Assembly (NCBI GenBank): GCA_029262515.1
Contig: JAJCZH010000005.1
Span: 31,793 to 95,792 of the forward strand
Direction of reading: 5' to 3'
DNA from: Deltaproteobacteria bacterium
Lineage (GTDB): Bacteria > Desulfobacterota > GWC2-55-46 > JADFVP01
DNA length: 64,000 bases
Each line of letters opens with the position of its first letter. Positions within the stretch are counted from its first letter, which is position 1. Made by a program: the position numbers and the translations under genes. Positions 46,589 to 55,865 of the stretch are shown in pieces. A model generated the notes under the pieces. The model saw nothing but the letters and a program-made list of their open reading frames with translations, had not been told where the DNA came from and made no database searches.

Positions 46589-48850
46589 TCAAGAAGCCTT
46601 GTCGTTCAATTTCGTCTTGCTGTCGATACTCTCTACCTTTTTTAGATCCGGTATGTCGGTATTTGTCGTGTAACCATCTACCGTAAGCAGAGAGGTAACC
46701 GAGACCCTGTTTCTGCCGGTAGTCTTTGAACGGTAGAGGGCTATATCGACCTGCCGCATAAGTTCGTCTTTATCAACGCCGTCTTCAGGGTACGTAGAGA
46801 CACCGAGGCTTACCGTTGTGCGCTCCTTTACGCCGTTCATGTTGGTAGCGGTATCGGTTTCTACAATGCTGCGAATCTTCTCGGCCAGGGCGTGGGCGCC
46901 GTTTTTGTCGGTATTGGGCAGAATAACAACAAACTCCTCTCCGCCGTACCTTGCAACTATGTCAGACTCCCTTACGGTCTTCAGGAAGAGGTCCGAGACC
47001 TTCTGCATAATGTTATCGCCCTGTTTATGGCCGTAGAGGTCGTTAAAGCGTTTAAAGTGATCGATATCGATCATTATGATGCTCAAAGGCTGGGTAAAGC
47101 GCGTGGCAAAAGCGAACTGTGTTGGCAGGGCCTCTTCAAGGAAACGGCGGTTGTAGAGTCCCGTTAACTGGTCCCGTATCGCCATTGTACGGTGGGCCTT
47201 TACCAGGCGCATGCTCGATATGGCAGGGGCAACGGTACTGATGTAGGAGTTGATCATAAAGTTGCACTCGGTCGTGAAGAAGTTTTTCTGCAGGCTTACC
47301 AGGTGTATCCATCCGACCGTAGAGCCGCCGGTGGAGATCGGCGCGCACATATAACTTCCGTGCTCCTGAGCAACCTCCTGGTTCGGGCACCGGTACTCGG
47401 TCTCGACATCGTTTACAATAAAATCCTGCCCCGACCTGACCGCCCTGCACTGACGGTTGCTATGTATAGACTTCATATCGCGGCATGACGGAGTGGATAA
47501 CGTGGCTTCACCCTCGTCGCTGCCGTATGTCGCAATCACTTCTGCCAGATCCTCGCTGTTATTGAGGCTGATCACGACAATCTTGTCTATATTGAAACTT
47601 TTGGAGAGGTACCTGATAAGTATGGAGTAGCACTCCGCCTCGGAGATTTCGCCTCCTACCAGCTTTCCGAACTTCACAAGGTCCTGAAGGCGTTGAAGTT
47701 CAATGTCCAGTTCCTCTTGTACCATGTGCAGTTTTCTCGACATCATTATGAAGGAGCGGGAGAGGTCTCCGAGTTCGTCCTTTTCCTTAATCGCCAGGGC
47801 TTCTATTTTCTCTTGTGCCTCTTTATTGGTAATGTTCGAGCCGTCGGTGTACTCCTGGCTGATCCGTGCCATTGCATTTGAGAAGACCTGCAGGCGTGTC
47901 ACGATCATCTTCCTCGTTACTATGACGATGACGACTCCGAGCGGTATTGAGCTTAGAAAGAGCAGCAGCGCAACCCTGTTGAGCAGAGTCATGGTATCGG
48001 CCATCAACACTGCCTTGCTTGTGCTGAGCATGTACCGTACGCCTAATGGCGCATGCGTGCTGTAAGAGATAACCTCACCGTCATTGTTATCGACAACGAC
48101 CCCTGTCTCCCCGCCTATTAATGCACCGAAGACCTCGCCATGCTCTTTGGCCGTATCTGTCAGCACCGTGTTCGAGTCCCTGGTATTGAACAGGACCGTA
48201 CCCTCCCAGGTAGTAACGTAGGCATCGTCAACAATACCCTTTATCAGCAGCGAGTTGAAAATATGGTTCAGTACGTCCGGGTTGAGGGTCATGGTCAGAA
48301 CCCCGAGAGTCCTCTGTTCGTACGATACCGCCATACCCCAGTCCATGGCGAGATAATTTTCTCCTTTTCTGAAAGTGGGCTGGCTCAGTTTAAAGGCCGG
48401 GGCCTTGATTACCTCGGAGTAGTAAGCCCTGTTATTGTGGTCCTTATACTCTTTACGTATCTCCTGGTTTTTAATAAGTACCTCTTCGATACCGTTATTA
48501 TCGATAAACCTTATGTACTCGATTAGTTCGGGACGGGAGACGGATGATGTCAGGAAGAGTTCTTCGAGGGCCGCCTTCTTCTGAGGTTCTGCCTTTAACC
48601 GGCCAGAGGCCTTGGCTTCGAGGTATTCGATAAAGACCCTGTGCTTGTGAAGGTATGTTAAGATCGACGACCATTCCTTAACCAGCTGGTCGAGCTGGGA
48701 AGAGACTACTTTGCTGAGTTGGATATTTGCCTCTTTAGCCTCTTTTATCGTCACATTCCTCTGAATGTAGTAGTATGCGACAAGCGTTATCGTGGAGACG
48801 ATAAAGAGGGTGCCAAATATCGTGATGAGAATCTTGCTCTGTAGCTTCAC
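46589..48850 (-). CDS. diguanylate cyclase (Cache-HAMP-GAF-GGDEF)
   Basis: Motifs RDQLTGLYNRR, DIDHFKRFND.YGH..GD, RESD and RYGGEEF. Sigma-28-like TCAG-N15-CCCGATAT at 48930-48956. Confidence 0.93.
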   Translation of the reverse strand: MKLQSKILITIFGTLFIVSTITLVAYYYIQRNVTIKEAKEANIQLSKVVSSQLDQLVKEWSSILTYLHKHRVFIEYLEAKASGRLKAEPQKKAALEELFLTSSVSRPELIEYIRFIDNNGIEEVLIKNQEIRKEYKDHNNRAYYSEVIKAPAFKLSQPTFRKGENYLAMDWGMAVSYEQRTLGVLTMTLNPDVLNHIFNSLLIKGIVDDAYVTTWEGTVLFNTRDSNTVLTDTAKEHGEVFGALIGGETGVVVDNNDGEVISYSTHAPLGVRYMLSTSKAVLMADTMTLLNRVALLLFLSSIPLGVVIVIVTRKMIVTRLQVFSNAMARISQEYTDGSNITNKEAQEKIEALAIKEKDELGDLSRSFIMMSRKLHMVQEELDIELQRLQDLVKFGKLVGGEISEAECYSILIRYLSKSFNIDKIVVISLNNSEDLAEVIATYGSDEGEATLSTPSCRDMKSIHSNRQCRAVRSGQDFIVNDVETEYRCPNQEVAQEHGSYMCAPISTGGSTVGWIHLVSLQKNFFTTECNFMINSYISTVAPAISSMRLVKAHRTMAIRDQLTGLYNRRFLEEALPTQFAFATRFTQPLSIIMIDIDHFKRFNDLYGHKQGDNIMQKVSDLFLKTVRESDIVARYGGEEFVVILPNTDKNGAHALAEKIRSIVETDTATNMNGVKERTTVSLGVSTYPEDGVDKDELMRQVDIALYRSKTTGRNRVSVTSLLTVDGYTTNTDIPDLKKVESIDSKTKLNDKAS

Positions 48851-49032
48851 ATAATTGTCCTACAGCAGAGGTTTGTAGAGAACTGCTACGGTTGTATAAA
48901 GGCATAAAAAAATATTGGTTATGTCTTATATATCGGGTAATTATGGAAAAAACTGAAGGTACCTGTTCCCGCTTCTATGTAATACGGTAAATCTTAATTA
49001 TTCATCATTTGAGTGCTGTACTTGAGGGTGTT

Positions 49033-49067
49033 AAAAACCCCACCGGCCTATCAGGCGGGTGGGGTTT
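49033..49067 (-). terminator. terminator after the methyltransferase gene
   Basis: aaaaaccccacc.gcc / ggcgggtggggttt. Confidence 0.75.
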
Positions 49068-49102
49068 GTGCAGAGTTAGAGGTCGCTTATGAGATTGATC
49101 TG

Positions 49103-50050
49103 TTAACAGCACTTTCCGGGTGTTGGTTGTGAGGACTTCTGAGGTCCGCCTTCCGCGTCTATTACCGTGAAGAGACCAGAATATGGAGGCCTGTTGAGTT
49201 TTTCGGCTGTTTCCGAGCTGATCTCAACCGGTATTCCGGCCTCATACAACTGCCCGTCGTCGTCCGATACCGATTGAAACGGCCCGTTATAGATTGCATA
49301 TTGGCCTGAATAAGCCGGTACGCTCTCTTTTTGAAATTTATAACCGTTTAAGGTAATTGAATAGAAGCGGATGCCTTCCAATTCTCTGTACAGGGACCTC
49401 GATACTATAAGCAGGCCGTAAAAACCTGCCTCTCTGGCGGCGCCTATGAACTGCTCTTCTCTCAAAGCCCCGGCAAGGCATTCGCCCCATAATTGTTTGT
49501 CGTTATAGATCTTCTCCGGAAGCTCCCTATCTGATACAACATCTGAAATACAGAACCTTCCTGTCGGTTTGAGAACCCGGTAGATCTCTTTAAAGACCGC
49601 CTTTTTATCTGCCGAGAGATTTATAACGCAGTTTGAAGTCACAAGGTCTGCGGTTCCGTTCTCCAGGAAAATTTCCTCAAGGAAGCCCTTTTTAAATTCG
49701 ACGACATCGTAACCGAGGTTCCCGGCCACGTCCGAGGCCGCCTCGTTTGCTATACCGATCATCTTATCTGTCATATCAATACCTATGACCCGTCCGGTTC
49801 GCCCCACTGAGCGTGCCGCTATGAAGCAATCTATGCCGCCGCCGGAACCGAGGTCCACAACTGTCTCTCCCGCACTTATCCCGGCCATCGTCACCGGGCT
49901 TCCGCAGCCGTAGGAGACCTCTAGCACGCTCTTTGGTATGTGCGAAATCGTCTCCTCCGGGTACTTTGCCGCGCAGCAGAGTGATGCAATCGGCTCATGG
50001 GCCGCAGCGGCATAGAACCTGTTTACCGACTCGCGAACTTTGTTATCCAT
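49103..50050 (-). CDS. arsenite S-adenosylmethyltransferase-like (ArsM family) protein
   Basis: Motifs LCC, SYGCGSP, VDLGSGGGIDC, GIDMT, TSNCVINL, WGECLAGA and C-terminal KCC. Confidence 0.82.
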   Translation of the reverse strand: MDNKVRESVNRFYAAAAHEPIASLCCAAKYPEETISHIPKSVLEVSYGCGSPVTMAGISAGETVVDLGSGGGIDCFIAARSVGRTGRVIGIDMTDKMIGIANEAASDVAGNLGYDVVEFKKGFLEEIFLENGTADLVTSNCVINLSADKKAVFKEIYRVLKPTGRFCISDVVSDRELPEKIYNDKQLWGECLAGALREEQFIGAAREAGFYGLLIVSRSLYRELEGIRFYSITLNGYKFQKESVPAYSGQYAIYNGPFQSVSDDDGQLYEAGIPVEISSETAEKLNRPPYSGLFTVIDAEGGPQKSSQPTPGKCC

Positions 50051-50117
50051 CAAACGCCTCCTTGCTGTTCTATAGTTCAGTCTTTCCCTCGTTATTCTTA
50101 CCTTACTACAGAAAAGG

Positions 50118-51257
50118 TCAAGAACCGAGGCCGTTGATACAGATTAAATATACTATTGCGGAGATGCCCGCTGCAACAGGAAATGTTACTGCCCAGGCAG
50201 TAAGCATCTCGTAGATAATACGCCTGTTAATTCCTATGGCATTGCGTTTGAGTCCTATACCTATAATAGAGCTGCTGCTGACATGCGTTGTAGAGACCGG
50301 CATTCCCAATCTGGAGGCGAAGACTACTAGTAGAGCCGTGCAGAGGTTGGCTATAACGGAGTCATTTCTGTCCATATCCGTTATCTTTTCCGACAACGTC
50401 TCTGTTACTCTTGTTCCGTAAAGGTATCCGCCAAGCCCCATCGCTACAATGACCATAAGAAAGAGCAACCGCCTGTCGATGTCGGTAAAGGCGGCTGATG
50501 CGAACATTATCGCCACGATCTTTGGGGTATCGTTCATCCCGCGGGCAAAGGAGATCAGCCCGCTTGAGAACCAATGGGTAATGTCATTGAAGTCGAGCCT
50601 TGTTGGCGAATCGAGTCTCTCGTCACACTCCGATATCTCAGCCGCCTGAACCGCAAGGGTTTCGGCTTTGAAGGATGTTATAGCGGTAGTTCCAACTGCC
50701 GGCCCACATCTCAGAACTTTTGTCGGCCCGAAGCAGAGGCAGTATTCAGAAAGCCTCGAAAGAATGGCGTAACCGGTTCTATAGACAAACAGTGTTAAGA
50801 GCAGAGCAAGAAAGGGACTTAGCAAGAGCGGGGCCATTATCTTGTAGCCGAGTGTTCCCCATACTATCTTATCAGGTCCCATGGTCAGCAGTACCGGGCC
50901 GCAGACGGCACCGACAATAGAGTGCGTGGTTGAGACCGGCATGCCGTAACGTGTGGCGAACAAGACCCATAAAAAGACACCGGAGCCGACGGCTATGGAG
51001 AAACTGGTTGTCAGTTCTACATCGCTTGCAATTAGTCCTGCGCTGAAAACCTTCAATAAAGCGGATGCGACGAAGAAGGAGAGCAAACCTCCGGCAACTG
51101 TCCATACCGTTCCCCAAAGGAGCGCTACCCGGTACTTGCAGAGGCCGCTGCCGACAAGAGTGGCCACGCCCTTTGATATGTCATTGGTGCCGTTAAAGAA
51201 GGCGACCAGCACTACTACCAATATTAAAAGGTATTCAATCACAGTAGGCGGCTCCAA
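50118..51257 (-). CDS. PiT family inorganic anion transporter with a Cys-containing central loop
   Basis: Motifs NGTNDISKGVATL, MPVSTTH (twice) and FARGMNDTPK. Loop YCLC..LRCG..SEC. Confidence 0.9.
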   Translation of the reverse strand: MEPPTVIEYLLILVVVLVAFFNGTNDISKGVATLVGSGLCKYRVALLWGTVWTVAGGLLSFFVASALLKVFSAGLIASDVELTTSFSIAVGSGVFLWVLFATRYGMPVSTTHSIVGAVCGPVLLTMGPDKIVWGTLGYKIMAPLLLSPFLALLLTLFVYRTGYAILSRLSEYCLCFGPTKVLRCGPAVGTTAITSFKAETLAVQAAEISECDERLDSPTRLDFNDITHWFSSGLISFARGMNDTPKIVAIMFASAAFTDIDRRLLFLMVIVAMGLGGYLYGTRVTETLSEKITDMDRNDSVIANLCTALLVVFASRLGMPVSTTHVSSSSIIGIGLKRNAIGINRRIIYEMLTAWAVTFPVAAGISAIVYLICINGLGS

Positions 51258-51483
51258 AACCTGAATTTATGTACCATATGAAATCAGCTATATGATAGTG
51301 AAACAAAAACTTAGAAAACTTGAACCTGTTCTTCTTTTCTGCGGCCTGCCCCTGAAGTAACCGGTAGGTAAAGATATCCGTCTATACACTGAACCCTTCC
51401 CCCCTCCCCCGGGTGTTGCAGGGGAGAGGTGCTGCAAGACGTGGTATTTGTTCTGTTATGATACAGAGGTTAAGTAGCTATCT

Positions 51484-52140
51484 TTAACGGTTACCGCACG
51501 GATTTTTGGTGCTGCACGGATTTTTTACTGCACACGGGTTATTGGTGCTGCATGGATTATTTATCGCACACGGGTTTTTGGTGCCGCATGGGTTTGCAAC
51601 ACCGGTGGAGTTGTTGCTTACATATGCGGCAAGCGAGGTCATCTTTTGAGAGTTCCAGCCAAGTGGTTTGCCTTTCATTGGGTTGACCATGCAGAAGTTG
51701 ATCATCTGGTCGAGAGTAAGTACGTCGTCAGCCATCTTTATGTACTTGGGATACGGCTTGGAGTTGAGGTTGGAGGTTTTGCCCTTTGGGTGGCATGTTG
51801 AGCAAGACAGGCCGCTTTTACCGAGCGTGCTATCTACCCAGAGGCGCTCACCACGGTCTACGACTTTACCGTAGTCCTTCAGGGGATAATTTCTTATCGG
51901 TTTGTTCTTCATCTTTGCGCTGCACGGGTTGCTCATACCGCAGGGGTTACTCATCTTGGCTCCGCACGGGTTGATTATGCCACAGGGGTTGCTACTCTTG
52001 GTACTACAGGGATTCATGCCGCATGGATTCATCTTCTGTCCGGCAGTTGCGTCCTGAACGCTTGCAACCGTTAACGTCAACGCAATAGTTAACAGCATTG
52101 CAGCGGCCAGAGAGAACCCGGCTTTTGTTAAAACCCTCAT
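51484..52140 (-). CDS. secreted monoheme c-type cytochrome (SoxA/TsdA-like domain) flanked by 12 Asn-Pro-Cys repeats
   Basis: Signal peptide, CSTCH, and YPKY...TLDQMINFCMVNPMKGKPL...MTSLAAY. Six NPC units on each side. AAGGAGG RBS. Confidence 0.85.
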   Translation of the reverse strand: MRVLTKAGFSLAAAMLLTIALTLTVASVQDATAGQKMNPCGMNPCSTKSSNPCGIINPCGAKMSNPCGMSNPCSAKMKNKPIRNYPLKDYGKVVDRGERLWVDSTLGKSGLSCSTCHPKGKTSNLNSKPYPKYIKMADDVLTLDQMINFCMVNPMKGKPLGWNSQKMTSLAAYVSNNSTGVANPCGTKNPCAINNPCSTNNPCAVKNPCSTKNPCGNR

Positions 52141-52236
52141 TATATCCTCCTTACATTAGTGTTAAAGACTCGATCGGTTATACTTCTATTATTCTAAATA
52201 AGCGCAAAGGCCAGGAACGTGGCCCTTGTTTACAGC

Positions 52237-52602
52237 CTATAGCGTGATTATCTGATAACCTTCACCCACCAGAGCGGCGATACTGGGGTGTCCCATATAC
52301 TCGTCAGTAACCGGTAGTCCGGCGGCCTTAACCTCTTCTGCGTTACCTTCAAATGCACATATACAGTATTGGCAGACTCCTGAGATTGCCCCGGACTCTT
52401 TTACTTCTGCGAAGATATGACCGAGCGGATGGCCGGGTTTGGATAACACTTCCACCCATTTTGTGCCGCCACCGTCGAAGAAGAGTTTGGCAATATGTCC
52501 CGCTTCGATGAGTTCTTTTGTGTAGAGCAGCGAGTGAAGGGCTCTGCCCATTGCGTCATGCGTTCCGGGTGCCGCATGCAGTATGATGGCAATCTTTTGC
52601 AT
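52237..52602 (-). CDS. DsrE/DsrF-like protein
   Basis: KIAIIL..GRALHSLLY..L..G..AKLFFDGGG..GVCQYC..GHPSIAALVGEGYQIITL. The ORF is open upstream to 52743/52812, so the start is uncertain. Confidence 0.8.
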   Translation of the reverse strand: MQKIAIILHAAPGTHDAMGRALHSLLYTKELIEAGHIAKLFFDGGGTKWVEVLSKPGHPLGHIFAEVKESGAISGVCQYCICAFEGNAEEVKAAGLPVTDEYMGHPSIAALVGEGYQIITL

Positions 52603-52818
52603 TATTCTCTTTCCATGACTCTCTTGTTCATTTCCAGACCTATTTCTGTTTGAGGTTAAGCCTGTGTCCTCTCTTGAATTACTGTTCCTGGCGGAATAGT
52701 TTGTGTCGATTGAGCGGAAGATTTCTCCTTTTCTTATTCTCATGCAGAATCCCTCCATAGACGAAAGGAGTCCGGTGCGCCATGGCGAACCTTTGTCTAT
52801 GCCTTTGATCATGAGTTC

Positions 52819-52861
52819 AGTTTACTGTTTTAGCGGGTTGAAAGATGTAAGGAGGCTTACA
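52819..52861 (-). promoter_or_regulatory. Crp/Fnr-type operator with class II promoter geometry
   Basis: Palindrome TGTAAG-GAGG-CTTACA (52846-52861) and -10 TAAACT (52819-52824). The site centre falls at -41.5. Confidence 0.7.
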
Positions 52862-52873
52862 CTTGAGAGAATA

Positions 52874-53545
52874 TTATGAAAAAACTTTTTCCGTCAGGGT
52901 ATAGTTGCGGCCGTCGACCTGCAGGCTGCCCTCTTTCTTTAATTTGTTGATTTCAAGCGTCACTGTCTCGCGCGAAGAGCCGATCAGGTTTGCGATATCC
53001 TGGTGCGTCAGTTTCAGCTTGATCCTGAGACCTTCTTGAGACTGCTGCCCGTACTTGGCAGCAAGGTCGCTGAAGAGCATCTGCAGGCGCGAGCGTACGT
53101 CGCGAAAGATCAGGTTCTCAAGGCGGCTTTCGATACGACGGAGCCTGAAACCGATAAAGCGCGTTATGGCGAGAGAGAATCCGGGGTTCTTGCCGATAAA
53201 GTCTTCAAACTCCTGCCTGTTAATCGCGCAGATCATGGAGTCCTCAATGGCCTCGGCGCTCGTCTCCCTCTCTTCTTCCCCGGCAATGGAGAGTTCTCCG
53301 AAGATATCACCCGGTTCTAGCAACTCTACCGTAAGTTCCCTGCCGTCGTCACTCAGGCGCGAGAGTTTCACCATACCTTCTTTTAACATATAGATCTTGT
53401 CGGATTTGTCTCCGGCCGTATAGACTCTGTTCTTCTTCTTTATTTCGTCCGTACGCATTATAGAGGCCATTACCTTCATTTCTTTTTCCGGCAGGCCCAT
53501 AAAGAGACTGTTCGTGCTGATATACCAGAGTTTCGTCTTCTGCAT
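52874..53545 (-). CDS. Crp/Fnr family transcriptional regulator
   Basis: Motifs G.VKL...DGRE, PGDIFGE and HTH LTHQDIANLIGSSRETVT. Lacks the FNR Cys cluster. Confidence 0.95.
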   Translation of the reverse strand: MQKTKLWYISTNSLFMGLPEKEMKVMASIMRTDEIKKKNRVYTAGDKSDKIYMLKEGMVKLSRLSDDGRELTVELLEPGDIFGELSIAGEEERETSAEAIEDSMICAINRQEFEDFIGKNPGFSLAITRFIGFRLRRIESRLENLIFRDVRSRLQMLFSDLAAKYGQQSQEGLRIKLKLTHQDIANLIGSSRETVTLEINKLKKEGSLQVDGRNYTLTEKVFS

Positions 53546-53611
53546 CTAGCATCCTTTACTACTTACTCCTTGAGACATTGTGACGTATGAGATCGGTGAT
53601 CGGGCAGACTC

Positions 53612-54454
53612 TTACAGCTCTATCTGTTTTGGGGCCCTCTCGGCCATCGCCTCTATCTGCTCAACGTCTATCTCCGGTGTTGCGGTCAGGAGCTTATTTT
53701 TTGTGAACTCTATATCGAAAAAGTCGTTATCTTTGTGCAGCTCGAACTCTGCTTTGCATGAGTGGCAGTGCACCGTATCTCCGGCCTCTTTATGCCTCGG
53801 TACGGTTATAATAGGACCGCAAGCCGGGCAGCTGAGCATCGGCCTCGACTCGTCGCTGTGGCCGATTACTCCGTTTAGTTTATCAGTATCAAAGAGCCCG
53901 ACCAGAACATCTACAAATCTTTCATCGAACTGAGAGCTGCGATTCTTTTGCAGTATATAAATAGCCTTGGCTGCTTCCATTCCTGCGCGGTACGGTCTTG
54001 TGCTCGTCATCGCATCAAAAGCGTCAGCAATCGAGACTATTAGGGCCGGCATTGATAGGTTCGCTTCAGGGATTTTTTCCGGATAGCCGTGTCCGTCTAC
54101 TCGTTCGTGGTGGTGACCGATGGCGTCGAGTACAAGGGGCGCCAAAGGGTGAGAGATAAGAATCTTACGCCCGGTAACCGGGTGTGCGCGCATTATCTCA
54201 TACTCATCGTCGGTAAGCTTGCCGGGCTTATTGAGTATACTGTCGGGTACCGCGACTTTACCTATGTCATGGATAAGCCCGCCGAGAAAAGCCTTGAAGA
54301 CTTGCTGCTCGCTCAACCCGGAACTCTTTGCGATACGCTCCGCGTACTGGGCTACCCGCCAGACATGGCCGCCTGTGTATGCATCTCTGGCCTCTATTAT
54401 CGCTCCGAAGATCAGTAAGGATTTTAACAGGCCTTTGTCTAGATCTACTTTCAT
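53612..54454 (-). CDS. HD-GYP phosphodiesterase with a C-terminal zinc ribbon
   Basis: Motifs EARDAYTGGH, HDIGK, HHERVDGHGYP, ADAFDAMTSTRPYR and CPACG...CHSC. Confidence 0.92.
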   Translation of the reverse strand: MKVDLDKGLLKSLLIFGAIIEARDAYTGGHVWRVAQYAERIAKSSGLSEQQVFKAFLGGLIHDIGKVAVPDSILNKPGKLTDDEYEIMRAHPVTGRKILISHPLAPLVLDAIGHHHERVDGHGYPEKIPEANLSMPALIVSIADAFDAMTSTRPYRAGMEAAKAIYILQKNRSSQFDERFVDVLVGLFDTDKLNGVIGHSDESRPMLSCPACGPIITVPRHKEAGDTVHCHSCKAEFELHKDNDFFDIEFTKNKLLTATPEIDVEQIEAMAERAPKQIEL

Positions 54455-54646
54455 AAAAGTTCCTCTGGTAGATGTGAGCGGCAGGTACGCTGAATCAATT
54501 GTACTCCCGAAATAAGCTCCGCGTCAACTATCTCGTTATGACGCTGTTAGCCGGGTGTAGTATTGTCGGTTCTTAAAAGTATGAAAGTTTCTTCTTATCT
54601 TGGTGTTGTTTCTACAGTTGTGGCTGGCAGGTTGTCAGGCAATTGC

Positions 54647-55731
54647 TCAGCTCTTTTCGGTCAGGGTAAATGTACCGCTTGCCAGTTCCTTCCCGTTCAC
54701 TATGATGGCAAGCCCATGAGCCCCGGAGTAGTATTTCCGAGTTGTGATACTCTTGAACGAGTGTTGTCTGGTTACTTTTTTTACCTGTTCCAGAGAGTCG
54801 GACTCCGAGATCTTGAAGGTTTTTCTGGAGAGTCTCCCGTTTTTTTTCATGAAATCAAGTCCGTACTCGATACGTACCTTCCCGAGTTCTCTATCTTCGG
54901 ACTTTAAGGTGAATGAGAAGTCGAGCCGTTCCTCGCGTTTAACCGACTCTTGCAGCGAGAACTCTTCGATGCTTATGTGCCCTGGATCAGAAAAGCCGAA
55001 GAGTAAAAGGACCTCTGGTATGCCCTGTTTTAGAAGTGAACGGCAAGCATGTTTGATAAGCCGGTCTGTATTAGTGCTACGCCCTAGCCACCTGTTGGCG
55101 ATGCCTATAAGAATGTGCGGGTTATCTTTCGATATGTCATTTAGGTTATTTGCGACACTTCGCCGTACGAACTCGCTTTCGTCATCTTTGAGTTTTTCAA
55201 GAACCTTCAGTACAGGTCTCGGGTCTTTCTTGAAATCAGGCAGAGCCATTGCCCACGGCAGGCGAGGGCGGCACCCTTCGGATGCGAGTCTGCGTATGTG
55301 GTAGTTTTTTGATTCGGCCCACTCTTCCATCTGAGCCATCATCTCACCTTTGTACTTTTTTATAAAGGGGCGTACCGCAAGCTCGGAACTTGAGTTCTCG
55401 GTAAAGTGTTCGAGGGCCGCTACAGACTCTTTATACTCGTTCAGACCGTACAGCTCTACATAACCCGGAAAGAACATGTACTCGAAGCCGTTAAAGCGGG
55501 GCGAGATTAATTTCAGTATACCGATAGCTTCTTTGTAATTATCCGTAAGAGACCTGTGCAACATCTCTGCAATATGAGTCATTCTGGCTTTGAGTTCTTT
55601 TCGGGTCCAATCATCACAAAAAATATTTTTCCGGAACTCTACAGGGTCGAAGCCGGTGTAAACGGACTTTAGCTCCTTCGACAGCGAGTCTATAAGTTCT
55701 CTCGTGTAGACTCTTTAAATGGTTCGGGCAT
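54647..55731 (-). pseudogene. HEAT-repeat DNA alkylation repair protein (AlkC/AlkD-like), frameshifted near the 5' end
   Basis: Motifs SSELAVRPFI, RRLASEGCRPRLPW and YV/FVRRSVANNLNDISKD. MPEPFKE at 55731 is out of frame with the downstream YTRELIDSLS...ELKARMTHIA by 1 nt near 55710. Confidence 0.8.
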
Positions 55732-55865
55732 GTTACGGACTCGTATGGTTTAGGCGTTTAATGGCCTTTACAGGTTGTGGTGAGTATGCGGAGCAAGAGG
55801 CCAACCGGGTTATTATTGTATAAGAGTTGGGCTCGGATCAGTTATTTAATTAGTTTCTATTCCCG

